A stretch of 64,000 bases of DNA from an uncultured Chloroflexia bacterium (GCA_963707215.1 CAVPPB010000001.1:512001-576000), one strand, 5' to 3'. Positions 49,701 through 60,360 are shown, counted from the stretch's first letter. Numbers and translations: made by a program. Notes: generated by a model from the letters alone, not told the origin.

Positions 49701-50494
49701 CGACCACGATGGCACCGGCCGCTCCCCGGGTCGTGTACGAACATCCGGCCCTGCTCGACGAACGGTCGACCCACTACTGCCCCGGCTGCGGTCATGGGAC
49801 CGTCCACCGCCTCCTCGCGGAGGTGCTGGGCGAGCTCCACCTCGGCCCTCGGACCATCGCCGTCGCGCCCGTGGGCTGCGCGGTCTTCGCCTACGACTAT
49901 CTCCGGCTCGACTTCGTCGAGGCGCCGCACGGGCGCGCGCCGGCCGTGGCGACGGGCATCCGCCGGGTCCGCCCGGACGCGTTCGTGCTGACCTACCAGG
50001 GCGACGGCGACCTGGCGGCGATCGGGACGGCCGAGATCGTCCACGCGGCGGCCCGCGGCGAGACGATCACAGCGGTCTTCGTGAACAACGGCATCTACGG
50101 GATGACGGGCGGCCAGATGGCGCCGACGACGCTGCTCGGCCAGCGGACCACCTCGACGCCGCTCGGCCGCGACGCCCGGGAGGCCGGCTATCCCCTGCCG
50201 ATCACCGAGATGCTGGCGATCCTTCCCGGGGTCGCCTACGCCGCTCGCGGCACCCTGGCCGACCCGGGCTCGATCGGCAAGGTCAGGGCGATGCTGCGGC
50301 GGGCCTGTGAGGTCCAGATCGACGGCGCGGGCTTCGCCATCGTCGAGGTCCTCGCCAACTGCCCGGTCGGCTGGGGTATGACGCCGCCCGAATCGATCGC
50401 CCACCTGGCCGAGGTGGCCCGGACCTACCCGGTCGGCGTGATCCTCGATCGAGCCAAGGGCGTCGGTGTCCGCCCCGACCCGACGGAGGCCTGA
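49697..50494 (+). CDS. 2-oxoacid:ferredoxin oxidoreductase beta (TPP-binding) subunit
   Basis: HYCPGCGHG, YQGDGD, NNGIYGMTGGQ, NCPVGWG. Confidence 0.92.
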   Translation: MTTTMAPAAPRVVYEHPALLDERSTHYCPGCGHGTVHRLLAEVLGELHLGPRTIAVAPVGCAVFAYDYLRLDFVEAPHGRAPAVATGIRRVRPDAFVLTYQGDGDLAAIGTAEIVHAAARGETITAVFVNNGIYGMTGGQMAPTTLLGQRTTSTPLGRDAREAGYPLPITEMLAILPGVAYAARGTLADPGSIGKVRAMLRRACEVQIDGAGFAIVEVLANCPVGWGMTPPESIAHLAEVARTYPVGVILDRAKGVGVRPDPTEA

Positions 50495-50496
50495 CC

Positions 50497-51060
50497 ATGG
50501 AGCTGTCCACGATCTTCGCCGGGTTCGGGGGTCAGGGCCTTCTCTTCGCCGGGACCGTCCTGGCACGGGCCGCGATGTCCGAGGGCCGCGAGGTCCTCTG
50601 GATCCCCTCCTACGGACCGGAGATGCGCGGCGGGACCGCCTCCTGCACCGTCATCCTGGGCGACCGGCCGATCGGCTCGCCGGTCGTCGACCGGGCCGAC
50701 GCAGCGGTCGTCCTCAACCCACCATCCCTGGCCAGGTTCGAGCCGCTGATCGCACCTGGCGGTCTGCTGGTCCTGAACGTCTCCCTGATCGAGGCCGAAC
50801 CCGCCCGCCGCGACCTCGAGGTCGTCGCGCTGCCCTGCACGGCCCTGGCGCGCGAGGCCGGGGACGACCGACTGGTCAGCGTGGTCGCACTCGGAGCGCT
50901 GGTGGCCCGCCGGCCGGTCGTCTCGCGGGCGGCGATCCATGCGGCGATGGCCGCCGTCGTGTCGGCCAAGCGCCCGGAGATCCTGGACGCCGACCTCGCC
51001 GCGTTCGACACGGGCTACGACCGGACGGAGGTCCCGGTGGGGGCGTCGGCGGACCGCTGA
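50497..51060 (+). CDS. 2-oxoacid:ferredoxin oxidoreductase gamma subunit
   Basis: AGFGGQG, PSYGPEMRGG. Confidence 0.92.
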   Translation: MELSTIFAGFGGQGLLFAGTVLARAAMSEGREVLWIPSYGPEMRGGTASCTVILGDRPIGSPVVDRADAAVVLNPPSLARFEPLIAPGGLLVLNVSLIEAEPARRDLEVVALPCTALAREAGDDRLVSVVALGALVARRPVVSRAAIHAAMAAVVSAKRPEILDADLAAFDTGYDRTEVPVGASADR

Positions 51061-51150
51061 GGCCCGTCGTCGAACGCTCGAGGCGCGTCTCCGGCACGGG
51101 GCGCGTCGGCGGTCCGCCCTCGCATGGGCGCCCGGGCGCCTCCCCTGAGC

Positions 51151-52029
51151 TCAGGCGACGAAGGCGACCGTGGCGTAGCCGACGACACGGTCGGGCCCCG
51201 TGCCGGCATCGGCCGAGGTCGCCGTCCGAAGGACGACGCCGCGCCTCGCTCCCAGCGCCCGGACGGTCGCGATCGCGAGCAGGATCGGCTCCAGGCCGCA
51301 GGCGCCACAGGCGACGCCTGGGACCGTCCCTCGGCGGTACTCGTGCTCCCGGCGGGCGAGCTCGGGGGCGTCGAGCGCGACGATCGGCTCGAGGATCGCG
51401 TCGTCGACCGCCCGCGCCGTGGGGTCGTCAGGGTAATGGGCCAGGTCCGACGTGGCGACGATCACCGGGACCGGCCGCCCCGGCTCCGCCTGGCGGAAGG
51501 CCAGAAAGGCCCCGGCCAGGCGCTCGCCGGCCTCGGCCAGGCCGCCGCGCTCGTGGAAGCCGACGAGCAGGGGCACGAACCCACGTCCCAGCTCGACGAG
51601 GAACGGCAGCTGGACCTCCAGGGAGTGCTCTTCGCGGTGGACGTCGGTGTCGGGCCGGTAGGGCCCCCCGAGGCGGAGGATGGCCCTGGCCAGGTGCGAG
51701 TCGACGGGGACCTCGCCGAGCGGGCAGGCCCAGGCGCCGTCCGGCCAGACCCCGATGGCGTCGTAGCCTGGGACCCAGTGGTTCGTCCCGGCGAGGACCA
51801 CCGGCCGAGCTCGGTCGGCGACCAGGAGACCCCACCCGACGGCGGCGACAGCTCCCGAGTAGGCCAGCCCGGCGTGCGGCACCAAGAGTCCCAGGAGCCG
51901 GCCCTCGAGGGGCGGCGGCTCCCCGGCGGTCGCCCGGATGTCGGCCAGGAGGCGACGGAGCGAGCCTGGGTCCCTGGGGTAGAAGCTGCCGGCATGCATC
52001 GGCGGCCGGACCGCCCCGTGCATGATCAT
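51151..52029 (-). CDS. amrB: AmmeMemoRadiSam protein B (MEMO1 family)
   Basis: AGSFYP, VPHAGLAYSG, EHSLEVQLPFL, TSDLAHY, VVGY. Confidence 0.92.
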   Translation of the reverse strand: MIMHGAVRPPMHAGSFYPRDPGSLRRLLADIRATAGEPPPLEGRLLGLLVPHAGLAYSGAVAAVGWGLLVADRARPVVLAGTNHWVPGYDAIGVWPDGAWACPLGEVPVDSHLARAILRLGGPYRPDTDVHREEHSLEVQLPFLVELGRGFVPLLVGFHERGGLAEAGERLAGAFLAFRQAEPGRPVPVIVATSDLAHYPDDPTARAVDDAILEPIVALDAPELARREHEYRRGTVPGVACGACGLEPILLAIATVRALGARRGVVLRTATSADAGTGPDRVVGYATVAFVA

Positions 52030-53159
52030 GTCCCCCTCCCGCCGGCCGCGGCAAGGCCGATGCCGGCTAGCTTGCGCCCGCAGGATGGACAGCCACCATC
52101 GAGCAGGTCGATCCGGGACGTGCGGAAGCCGGTCCGCCGGATCAGCGGTCGGCCGCAGCCGGCGCAGCGAGTGTCCTCCAGGCCCGACTCCGCGAGATTG
52201 CCGGCGTAGACGTGGGCCAGGCCGCTGCGGCGCCCGATGTCGACGGCCCGCAGGACCGAGGCCCGCGGCGTGGGTGGGACAGCCGCCATCCGGTGGGCCG
52301 GATGGAAGCGACTCACGTGCCACGGGGTCTCCGGCCCCAGCTCGGTCCCGATCCACTCGGCGATGGCGGTCAGCTGGGGCTCGTCGTCGGTGAGGCCCGG
52401 GATCAGGAGCGTCGTCACCTCGACCCAGATGCCGGCCCGGCGCATCCCCACGAGCGTCTCGAGGACCGGCGCCAGGCGGGCGCCGACGATCCGTCGGTAG
52501 ACCGCATCCGAGAAGCCCTTGAGGTCGACGTTCGCCGCATCGCACACCGGCGCCAGGAGCTCGATCGCCTCGGCCGTCTGGTAGCCGTTGGTGACCAGGA
52601 CGTTGCCCAGGCCGGCGGCCCGGGCAAGTCGCGCCGTGTCGTACGCGTACTCGAGGAACACCGTCGGCTCCACGTAGGTGTAGGAGATCGAGCGCGCCCC
52701 TGACGCCAGGGCTCCTTCCACGACCGCGTCCGGGGGGAGCGTCGTCGCCAGCGGCACGAGCTCCTCGCGCTCCGCCTGGGCGATCTCCCAGTTCTGGCAG
52801 AAGCGGCAGTGGAAGTTGCAGCCCCTGGTGGCGATGGAGTACGAGGCAGTCCCGGGCCAGGCGTGGAAGAGCGGCTTCTTCTCGATGGGCTCGGTGTGGA
52901 CGGCGACCGCCTCACCGTAGACGAGGGTCATCAGTCGGCCGCCGGCGTTGGCCCGCACCCCGCAGATGCCCCGCCGGTCCAGCCGGATCAGGCATCGATG
53001 GGCGCAGGCGTGGCAGCGCACGGCCCCGTCGGCCAGCACCTCGCCGAGGCGGGCCGGTGCCACGCCCCGGGCCGGGAGATCGTGGACGCGACCGCGACCG
53101 AGCCGAACCTCGGGTCGACTCGTGTAGGCGGTCGGCGGGCCCCCGGGGTGGATCGCCAT
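52026..53159 (-). CDS. amrS: AmmeMemoRadiSam radical SAM enzyme
   Basis: CHACAHRC...GICGVR, PIEKKPLFH, CNFHCRFCQN, YTYVEP, HVSRFHP, C-terminal CxxC pairs. Confidence 0.92.
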   Translation of the reverse strand: MAIHPGGPPTAYTSRPEVRLGRGRVHDLPARGVAPARLGEVLADGAVRCHACAHRCLIRLDRRGICGVRANAGGRLMTLVYGEAVAVHTEPIEKKPLFHAWPGTASYSIATRGCNFHCRFCQNWEIAQAEREELVPLATTLPPDAVVEGALASGARSISYTYVEPTVFLEYAYDTARLARAAGLGNVLVTNGYQTAEAIELLAPVCDAANVDLKGFSDAVYRRIVGARLAPVLETLVGMRRAGIWVEVTTLLIPGLTDDEPQLTAIAEWIGTELGPETPWHVSRFHPAHRMAAVPPTPRASVLRAVDIGRRSGLAHVYAGNLAESGLEDTRCAGCGRPLIRRTGFRTSRIDLLDGGCPSCGRKLAGIGLAAAGGRGT

Positions 53160-53269
53160 GCGGGCAACGCTGCGCGACCGGCAGGCGCGCGACAAGAGCC
53201 GAACCTACCTCGAGAGGGCACGTCGGGCCGGGCCGGCGATATCGACGGTCTCGCCGGGGAAGAGCGGGT

Positions 53270-54799
53270 TCAGCCCTTGATGACGGCCAGTGGACGGAGA
53301 CGGGCGACCGAAGTGATCAGGCCGGCGATCCCGGCGGTCCGGACGACCGCCTCGACGTCCTTGTAGGCGATCGATGCCTCCTCGGCGAGCAGGTCGCGTC
53401 GCTCGGCCCGGACGATGATCCCGGCCGCGGCCAGCTGGGCCGCCACGTCGATCCCTCGAAGCTCGCGGCTGGCGGCGTGCCGCGAGAGGTTCCTTCCCGC
53501 TCCGTGACAGGATGACCCGAACGCATCGGCCATCGAACCGGGCGCGCCCGCGGCGACGTACGAGGCACGGCCCATGTCCCCGGGGATCAGGACCGGCTGG
53601 CCCACAGCCCGGTAGGGTTCGGGCACGTCGGGATGGCCGGCCGGGAAGGCGCGCGTGGCGCCCTTGCGATGGACGCAGACTCGCCGGTCGCGCCCGGCGA
53701 CCCGGTGGGTCTCCAGCTTGGCGATGTTGTGGGACAGGTCGTAGACCTGACGGAGCCCGAGCGACGCCGCGGACGCGCCCAGGACCCGCTCCATCGCGAT
53801 CCTGACATGGTCGACGATGAGCTGGCGGTTGGCCCAGGCGAAGTTGGCGGCAGCCGCCATCGCGCCGAGGTAGGCGGTCGCCTCCGGGGATCCCAGCGGG
53901 GCGCAGGCCAGCTGGCGATCGGGGAGCTGGATCCCGAACCGCGACAGGGCTGCGTCCATCGTGGCGACGTGATCGGTGCAGACCTGGTGACCAAGGCCCC
54001 GCGATCCGCAGTGGACCATCACCGTGACCGCGCCCGCCTCCAGGCCGAAGGCCGCGGCGGCGATCGGATCGTCGATCCGGTCGACGACCTGCAGCTCCAG
54101 GAAGTGGTTCCCGGAACCGAGCGTCCCGAGCTGATCAGCCCCCCGCTCGCGGGCCCGCGGGCTGACCGCCGCCGGATCCGCCCCGGCAAGGCGACCCTCC
54201 TCCTCGGTCCGGGCAAGGTCGTCGTCCGTGCCGTGACCGCGAGCGACGGCCCAGGCCGCGCCCTCGCGGAGGACCGCGTCGAGCTCTTCGCCGCGCAGCT
54301 TCCGGCCAAGGCGAGCTCCGACCCCGGACGGCACGGCCCGGAAGAGCTCATCGGCCAGTGCCGCCAGGCGCGGCCGGACATCGTCCTCGGCAAGGTCCGA
54401 GCGCAGCAGCCGGACGCCGCAGTTGATGTCGAAGCCGATGCCGCCGGGGCTGATCACCCCGTCGTGGGCGTCCATGGCGGCGACCCCACCCACCGGGAAG
54501 CCGTAGCCCCAGTGCACGTCGGGCATCGCCAGCGACGCTCCGATGATGCCGGGCAGGGTCGCCACGTCAGCGACCTGCACGAGAGCGGGATCGCCACGAA
54601 GCGGCCGGATGAGGGTGTCGTCGGCGAAGACGAGGCCCTCGACCCGCATCGCCCGAGCCTCGTCCCTGGGGATCCGCCAGCGGACCTCGTCCAGCCGCTC
54701 CAGGGCGGGAACCGCCCGGGACGATCGCGGCCCGGCCGGACCAGCCGACCGCGGACGATCCCGCGGGCGGCGGCTCTCCCGGCGACCGTGGCGTGCCAT
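53270..54799 (-). CDS. rtcB: RtcB RNA ligase (archaeal/eukaryote-like long type)
   Basis: MPDVHWGYGFPVG, GFDINCG, GSGNHFLE, HNIAK, HRKGAT, CHGAGR. Confidence 0.95.
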   Translation of the reverse strand: MARHGRRESRRPRDRPRSAGPAGPRSSRAVPALERLDEVRWRIPRDEARAMRVEGLVFADDTLIRPLRGDPALVQVADVATLPGIIGASLAMPDVHWGYGFPVGGVAAMDAHDGVISPGGIGFDINCGVRLLRSDLAEDDVRPRLAALADELFRAVPSGVGARLGRKLRGEELDAVLREGAAWAVARGHGTDDDLARTEEEGRLAGADPAAVSPRARERGADQLGTLGSGNHFLELQVVDRIDDPIAAAAFGLEAGAVTVMVHCGSRGLGHQVCTDHVATMDAALSRFGIQLPDRQLACAPLGSPEATAYLGAMAAAANFAWANRQLIVDHVRIAMERVLGASAASLGLRQVYDLSHNIAKLETHRVAGRDRRVCVHRKGATRAFPAGHPDVPEPYRAVGQPVLIPGDMGRASYVAAGAPGSMADAFGSSCHGAGRNLSRHAASRELRGIDVAAQLAAAGIIVRAERRDLLAEEASIAYKDVEAVVRTAGIAGLITSVARLRPLAVIKG

Positions 54800-55287
54800 C
54801 ACACGTCCAGGTAGGCGGTGAGGATCCAGCCCGACGCCCCATCGGACTCGACCGCGAGGCCGTGATAGGTCGCCGACTTCACGTCGGCTCGGCGCAGGAT
54901 CCGCACGCCGTCGAACGGCTCGGTGACGATCGACGCCTCGAGCTCCCAGGTCCCGGCCGAGGTCGTCTCGATCCTCGACACGTTCACGCCGACGAGCGCG
55001 CCGTCGACGTCGATCGTGCCCACCAGCTCGTTGAGCCAGGCGTAGGCCAGGGCGACCGGGTCCCGGCCGGCCAGGCGAACGGTCCGCTCCGTCCTCGGCT
55101 CGCTCGGGCCATCGGAGGCCGCACCTGACCGAGCGTCCCGTCGCTCGGCGGCGAGGTCGGCCAGGGCCAGCCCGGCCTCCTCGAAGACGGCGACGAGGTC
55201 GGGGCCGCGCGCCTGGACGCCGACGTCCGCCGTGTGGGGCAGGACCCGGTGGCCCCGCCCGGTCGAGCGGCGCCCGCCCGCGGTCAC
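54799..55287 (-). CDS. Archease
   Basis: HTADVG, WLNEL, VKSATYH, C-terminal LDV. Confidence 0.92.
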   Translation of the reverse strand: MTAGGRRSTGRGHRVLPHTADVGVQARGPDLVAVFEEAGLALADLAAERRDARSGAASDGPSEPRTERTVRLAGRDPVALAYAWLNELVGTIDVDGALVGVNVSRIETTSAGTWELEASIVTEPFDGVRILRRADVKSATYHGLAVESDGASGWILTAYLDV

Positions 55288-55478
55288 TCGCCCGTCGGGG
55301 GATCCACCGGCCAGCTGCGGGTCAGGCCATCGGGCGACTCGTAGCCACCGTCGGCCCGGAGGTGCCAGTCCTCGCCCGGCTCGGTGTACTCGGTGCGCTG
55401 CCAGCCCTCCGGCGTGAGGACGAAGGTGTCTCCCGGCTCCGGCGCGTCGTCGTGGGCGCTGGACAGGGCGTCGGTCAT
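55284..55478 (-). CDS. Small acidic hypothetical protein
   Basis: GGAGGG RBS, 64 aa, stop overlaps the archease start (GTGA). Confidence 0.6.
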   Translation of the reverse strand: MTDALSSAHDDAPEPGDTFVLTPEGWQRTEYTEPGEDWHLRADGGYESPDGLTRSWPVDPPTGE

Positions 55479-55543
55479 GTCGTCCCTCCGCTGCAAGGCT
55501 CGACGGATGGACCCAGCATGCCCCAGACGTTCGGCGGTGGGAA

Positions 55544-55658
55544 GAGCCGGCCGACCCGGATGCCGCGTGGCCCCGGGCGGACCCGGTCGGTCGGGACCGG
55601 CGGCCCGGTCGGTCGGGACCGAGGGGACCTCGGGGATCCCGAGCTCAGCGGGGATACT
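55544..55658. promoter_or_regulatory. DosR-like boxes and 22-bp-period direct repeat in a divergent promoter
   Basis: GGGACCGGCGGCCC at 55593-55606; CCCGGTCGGTCGGGACCG at 55582 and 55604; -10-like GATACT at 55653. Confidence 0.6.
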
Positions 55659-55691
55659 GGTGCGGCCTGGCCGGTCCCGCTCGGAGGCCCG

Positions 55692-56729
55692 ATGACCGAC
55701 GCCGTGTCACTCGCGACCCCGCTGCTCCTGTTCGGGGCGTCCTCGCTCCTGGTCATCGGATCCGGCGTGGTCCTCGCGCGCGAAGGCGACCAGATCGCCC
55801 ACCGGACCAAGCTGGGTGGCATCGGGGTCGGCGCCTTTCTCCTCGCCGGCGCGACATCGTTGCCCGAGATCGCCACGGACATCTCCGCGTCACTCGCCGA
55901 CGCCCCGGACCTCGCCGTCGGCGACCTGTTCGGGTCGAGCATGGCGAACATGGCGATCCTCGCGGTGATCGACCTCATCCATCGGGGACGCGTCTGGCCG
56001 AGCGTCGGCATCGGCCATGCGCGACTGGCGGCGGTGGCCATCGCCCTGACGTCGATGGCCGTCCTCGGGATCCTGGCCGGCGGCGGGATGTCGATCGGCT
56101 GGGTCGGGGTCGTGCCCGTGGCCATCGCGACCGCCTACGCGGCGGCAGCGCTGTGGATGCGGCGAACCAGCGGCGAAGGTCGTAACGCTGAGGAGCGCCC
56201 GAGGGACAAGGAGATCATCGAGCCGATCGGCTGGGCGGCCGAGGAGCAGGCGACGCCGCTGCGGATCATCGCGCTGCGCTTCGCCGCCGCCGCCCTCGTG
56301 GTGCTCGTCTCGGCGCCGATCCTGGCCGTGTCAGCCAAGTCGATCGCCGATCAGACGGGGATCGGCCAGACCTTCGTGGGGACGGTGCTCCTGGCGGCCT
56401 CCACGTCGCTCCCGGAGCTGGTCGCTTCTCTTGCGGCCGTCAGGATCGGCGCCTACGACCTCGCGGTCGGCAACCTCTTCGGCAGCAACGCGTTCAACAT
56501 GGTGGCTCTCCTGGCGGCTGACATCGCCTATCTGCCCGGACCGATCCTGGCCGCCGTCGAGTCGGTCCAGGCGATCGCCGGCATCGGGGCGATCCTGCTC
56601 ATGGCGCTCGCCCTGATGGCCGTCGTCCACGGCGCGCGGACCCGGCTACGAAGGCTGGAGCCTGATGCGCTCCTCGTCCTCATCACCTGGGTCGCGCTCC
56701 TCGTGATCATCTACGCCAGCGAGCCATGA
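55692..56729 (+). CDS. Ca2+/cation antiporter (CaCA, YrbG-like)
   Basis: Alpha repeats ATSLPE...GSSMAN and STSLPE...GSNAFN. Confidence 0.9.
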   Translation: MTDAVSLATPLLLFGASSLLVIGSGVVLAREGDQIAHRTKLGGIGVGAFLLAGATSLPEIATDISASLADAPDLAVGDLFGSSMANMAILAVIDLIHRGRVWPSVGIGHARLAAVAIALTSMAVLGILAGGGMSIGWVGVVPVAIATAYAAAALWMRRTSGEGRNAEERPRDKEIIEPIGWAAEEQATPLRIIALRFAAAALVVLVSAPILAVSAKSIADQTGIGQTFVGTVLLAASTSLPELVASLAAVRIGAYDLAVGNLFGSNAFNMVALLAADIAYLPGPILAAVESVQAIAGIGAILLMALALMAVVHGARTRLRRLEPDALLVLITWVALLVIIYASEP

Positions 56730-59428
56730 CGTCCGACCCGACCGCTCCGCAGCCGGTCGCTACGCCGCTCGTGGAGCATCCGTGGACCCTGCCGGCCGCT
56801 GATGTCACCGAGCGCTTGGGCAGCGACGCCGAGGTGGGGCTGGATGCGGGAGCCGCCACTGACCGCCTGGCCCGCTACGGCCCGAACTCGCTCATGGAGC
56901 GGAAGGGCGTGCCGGTCTGGCGCCGCTTCCTCGAGCAGTTCGCCAACGCGATGATCCTCGTCCTCCTCGCGGCGGCCGCGGTGACGACGCTCATCGGCGA
57001 TCTCAAGGACACCGTCGTGATCCTGGCGATCGTGCTCCTCAACGCGGTCATCGGCTTCGTCCAGGAGTACCGCGCCGAGCAGGCGATGGCGGCCCTCAAG
57101 AGGATGACCAGCCCGACCTCGGTCGTCGTGCGGGACGGTCGTCCGGAGGCGGTGCCCGCCGAGACCCTCGTGCCGGGGGATGTCGTCAGGCTCGAGGCCG
57201 GCGACGTGGTCACCGCCGACCTCCGGCTCCTCGAGACGCGGGCCCTGCGGATCAACGAGGCGGCCCTGACCGGCGAGTCCGAGCCGGCGGAGAAGACGAG
57301 CAGCCCTCTTCCGGAGGTCAGCGAGGCGGTCCTCGCGGACCAACGGAACATGGCCTTCAGCGGGACCGCGGTGACCTACGGGCGGGGTCGCGGCGTCGTG
57401 GTAGCGACCGGCATGAGCACGGCCCTCGGGCGCGTCGCCTCGCTGCTCCAGGAGGGACCGGCGGGCCGGACGCCGCTTCAGCGACGTCTCGACGGGTTGG
57501 GTCGCTGGCTGGCGGTCCTCGCGCTGGGCGTGTGCACGCTCGTCTTCGTTGCCGGCATCCTCCGGGGCGAGCCGGCGGACGTGATGTTCCTGACCGCCGT
57601 CAGCCTCGCCGTCGCCGCCATCCCCGAGGGCCTCCCGGCCGTGGTCACGATCGCCCTCGCCCTCGGAGCCCGGAGGATGGCCCGTCGCGAGGCGCTGATC
57701 CGCAAGCTGCCGGCCGTCGAGACGCTGGGCTCGGTCACCGTGGTCTGCTCCGACAAGACCGGCACCCTGACCGAGAACCGGATGCTCGTCGAGCGGGTCT
57801 GGACCCCGAACGCCGAATACACGGTCACCGGTGACGGCTACGCGCCCGACGGCACCATCGACCCCGATCCCTCCGCGGACGAGGGCTTCGCGTCGCTCGT
57901 CCGGGTTGCCGCGGCCTGCAACGACGCCTCGCTCCGCGGGCCCACCACGGCCGGCGGGGCGTGGGGCGTCACGGGCGATCCGACCGAGGGGGCACTCCTT
58001 GCGCTGGCCGCCAAGTCGAGCGTGGGGGACGCGTTCGATCCTGATCATCCCAGACGGATCGAGGAGCTGACCTTCGATGCCGATCGACGCCGGATGGCCA
58101 CCTTCCATGACGCCGACGACGGCGTCTGGGTGGCCGTCAAGGGAGCGCTGGAGTCAGTGGGCCCCCTCGTCGACGCGAGCGAGCGCGACGTGGTCGCCGC
58201 CGCCGAGCGTCGGGCCGGCGAGCTCGCGGCGGACGGGTTCCGCGTGCTGGCGCTCGCCGAGCGGACCGTGTCGAGCGTACCGACACCACCGCAGGCAGCC
58301 GAGCACGACCTTCGGCTGCTGGGCCTGGTCGCCATGGCCGATCCGCCGCGGGCGGCGTCGGCTCCCTCGATCGAAGCGGCCCGCCGAGCCGGCATCCGGC
58401 CGGTGATGATCACCGGCGACCACCCGCTGACGGCCTCGGCGATCGCCCGCCGCATCGGCCTGCTGGAAGGTGAGGTCCGGGTGCTCACCGGAGCTGAGCT
58501 GGCGGACCTCGACGAGGTGACCTTCCGGGTCCTCGTGGAGGACGTCGCCGTATACGCCAGGACCAGCCCCGAGCAGAAGGTCCGCATCGTCGACGCGCTC
58601 CAGCGTCGCGGTGAGGTCGTTGCCATGACCGGTGACGGCGTCAACGACGCGCCGGCCCTTCGCCTGGCCGACATCGGGGTGGCGATGGGGATCATGGGGA
58701 CCGAGGTCTCGAAGGAGGCCGCCGACATGGTCCTGGCCGACGACGACTTCGCGACGATCGTCCGGGCCGTCGAGGAGGGCCGCCGGATCTATGACAACAT
58801 CCGGCGCTTCGTCCGCTATCTGCTGGCCACCAACACGGCCGAGGTCGTCGTCGTCTTCGCGGCACCGTTCCTCGGCCTGCCGCTCCCGCTTCAGCCGGTC
58901 CAGATCCTGTGGATCAACCTGGTGACCGACGGGCCGCCGGCGCTGGCCCTGGGCGTCGAGCCGGTCGAGCCCGATGCGATGAAGCGGCCGCCGCGCCCGC
59001 CGAGTGAGTCCATCCTGGGCCGCGGTCTGTGGCAACGGGCGCTGGCTACGGGACTCCTGATGGCGATGGTCACCCTCGCGGTCCAGGCGCTGGCGATCGC
59101 GCAGGGTTGGGCCTGGCAGACGATGGTCTTCACGACCCTCGCCTTCCTCCAGTTGGCCAACGCCCTGGCGGTCCGGTCCGAGCGTCAGTCGGCCCTGTCG
59201 CTGGGTTGGCGCTCGAACGTCCCGCTGATGGCGGCCGTCGTCGCCATCACGCTGGTCCAGCTGGCACTGATCTACGTGCCGCCGCTGCAACCGGTCTTCG
59301 ACACCGAGGCTCTCGGCCCGATCGAGCTGGCGGTCGTGCTGGTGGCGTCGTCGGTCGGCTTCGTCGCCGTCGAGTTCCAGAAGTGGCTGGAGCGGCGTCT
59401 CGCGGACCGGCGCGGCGTCAGCGCTTGA
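56726..59428 (+). CDS. P2A-type cation (Ca2+) transporting P-type ATPase
   Basis: TGES, IPEGL, DKTGT, TGDH, GDGVND, WINLVTD. Confidence 0.95.
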   Translation: MTSDPTAPQPVATPLVEHPWTLPAADVTERLGSDAEVGLDAGAATDRLARYGPNSLMERKGVPVWRRFLEQFANAMILVLLAAAAVTTLIGDLKDTVVILAIVLLNAVIGFVQEYRAEQAMAALKRMTSPTSVVVRDGRPEAVPAETLVPGDVVRLEAGDVVTADLRLLETRALRINEAALTGESEPAEKTSSPLPEVSEAVLADQRNMAFSGTAVTYGRGRGVVVATGMSTALGRVASLLQEGPAGRTPLQRRLDGLGRWLAVLALGVCTLVFVAGILRGEPADVMFLTAVSLAVAAIPEGLPAVVTIALALGARRMARREALIRKLPAVETLGSVTVVCSDKTGTLTENRMLVERVWTPNAEYTVTGDGYAPDGTIDPDPSADEGFASLVRVAAACNDASLRGPTTAGGAWGVTGDPTEGALLALAAKSSVGDAFDPDHPRRIEELTFDADRRRMATFHDADDGVWVAVKGALESVGPLVDASERDVVAAAERRAGELAADGFRVLALAERTVSSVPTPPQAAEHDLRLLGLVAMADPPRAASAPSIEAARRAGIRPVMITGDHPLTASAIARRIGLLEGEVRVLTGAELADLDEVTFRVLVEDVAVYARTSPEQKVRIVDALQRRGEVVAMTGDGVNDAPALRLADIGVAMGIMGTEVSKEAADMVLADDDFATIVRAVEEGRRIYDNIRRFVRYLLATNTAEVVVVFAAPFLGLPLPLQPVQILWINLVTDGPPALALGVEPVEPDAMKRPPRPPSESILGRGLWQRALATGLLMAMVTLAVQALAIAQGWAWQTMVFTTLAFLQLANALAVRSERQSALSLGWRSNVPLMAAVVAITLVQLALIYVPPLQPVFDTEALGPIELAVVLVASSVGFVAVEFQKWLERRLADRRGVSA

Positions 59429-59783
59429 GCAGCCGGAACAGGACGCCGCGGATCGTCAGGATCACCAGGATCCCCATGAGCGACCCGAAGAGGATCTGAC
59501 GGTTACGGTCGATCGCGGGGACCCACTCGACGTCCTGGCCGCGGATGACGAACGCACCCGCCGGCTTCGCGGTGACGCCGAAACCGACCCCCGATCCCTC
59601 TCCCTCGATGGCGGACTCCCCCGCGGCGCGGGTCGCCGGCGTCACCCCGCTGCCACCGCCGCCCCCGCCCATGACGGACGAAGCGGTGATGACGATGGCG
59701 CCGTCGCGCTCGACCGGCTCCGAGTAGACCGTCGTCGCGGTCATCCCCTCGCGGATCTTGCTGAGCAGCTCGCTGGCATCCAT
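59418..59783 (-). CDS. YtfJ/GerW-like protein
   Basis: VYSEPVERDG, GGGGGG, GFGVTAKPAGAFVI, C-terminal TM. Confidence 0.75.
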   Translation of the reverse strand: MDASELLSKIREGMTATTVYSEPVERDGAIVITASSVMGGGGGGSGVTPATRAAGESAIEGEGSGVGFGVTAKPAGAFVIRGQDVEWVPAIDRNRQILFGSLMGILVILTIRGVLFRLLKR

Positions 59784-59931
59784 AGCGGCACCTCCTGTCC
59801 CAAGCCTACGCCGGCTGGCCCGGGACCGCAGACGGCAGCCTTCGCGATGGGTCGAGCGCTGCCGCGCATCGAGGAGATCGGAAGGGAGCCGGTGCGCTCG
59901 GGATGGATGACCCGGCGCGGCGCGGCGGGTC

Positions 59932-60360
59932 CTAGCTGCCGCGCTCGGCCTCCTCGGCCATCGCCCGGACCAGGTCGCTCGTCGAGACGACACCGATCGG
60001 CAGGCGCTCGTCGTCGTCGGCAACGACCACCAGGCGGTGGACGTGGTGGCGCTCCATCTTCCGGGCCGCGTCGGCCAGCGGTGTCGACCGGAGCACCGTG
60101 ATGGCCGGGCTGGACATCAGGTGACGGACCGAGAGGCCCGGCCAGTTGGCCCACAGGAACTCGGTGGCTCGAGCGCGCAGGAGGTCCGTCTGGGAGAGGA
60201 CGCCCACCAGCAAGCCGCTGCCGTCGACCACGGGCAGGCCGTGGACGTGGTGCTCCTCCATGAGCTTCACCGCATCGCCCAGGGGGGCGTCGCTGCGGAC
60301 GACGACGAGCTCGCCGGCCATGACGTCGCCGACGCTCGAGCCAGGGATGGGATCGGTCAT
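59932..60360 (-). CDS. Stand-alone tandem CBS domain protein
   Basis: VGDVM...GLPVVD...GVLSQTDL; VRHLM...RLVVV...GVVSTSDL. Confidence 0.92.
   Translation of the reverse strand: MTDPIPGSSVGDVMAGELVVVRSDAPLGDAVKLMEEHHVHGLPVVDGSGLLVGVLSQTDLLRARATEFLWANWPGLSVRHLMSSPAITVLRSTPLADAARKMERHHVHRLVVVADDDERLPIGVVSTSDLVRAMAEEAERGS

Noticed and set aside
53160-53270. DosR-like box upstream of amrS (GGGCACGTCGGGCC near 53216)
   Set aside because: The match is too degenerate and its position relative to a -10 is ambiguous, so it was not counted as evidence.
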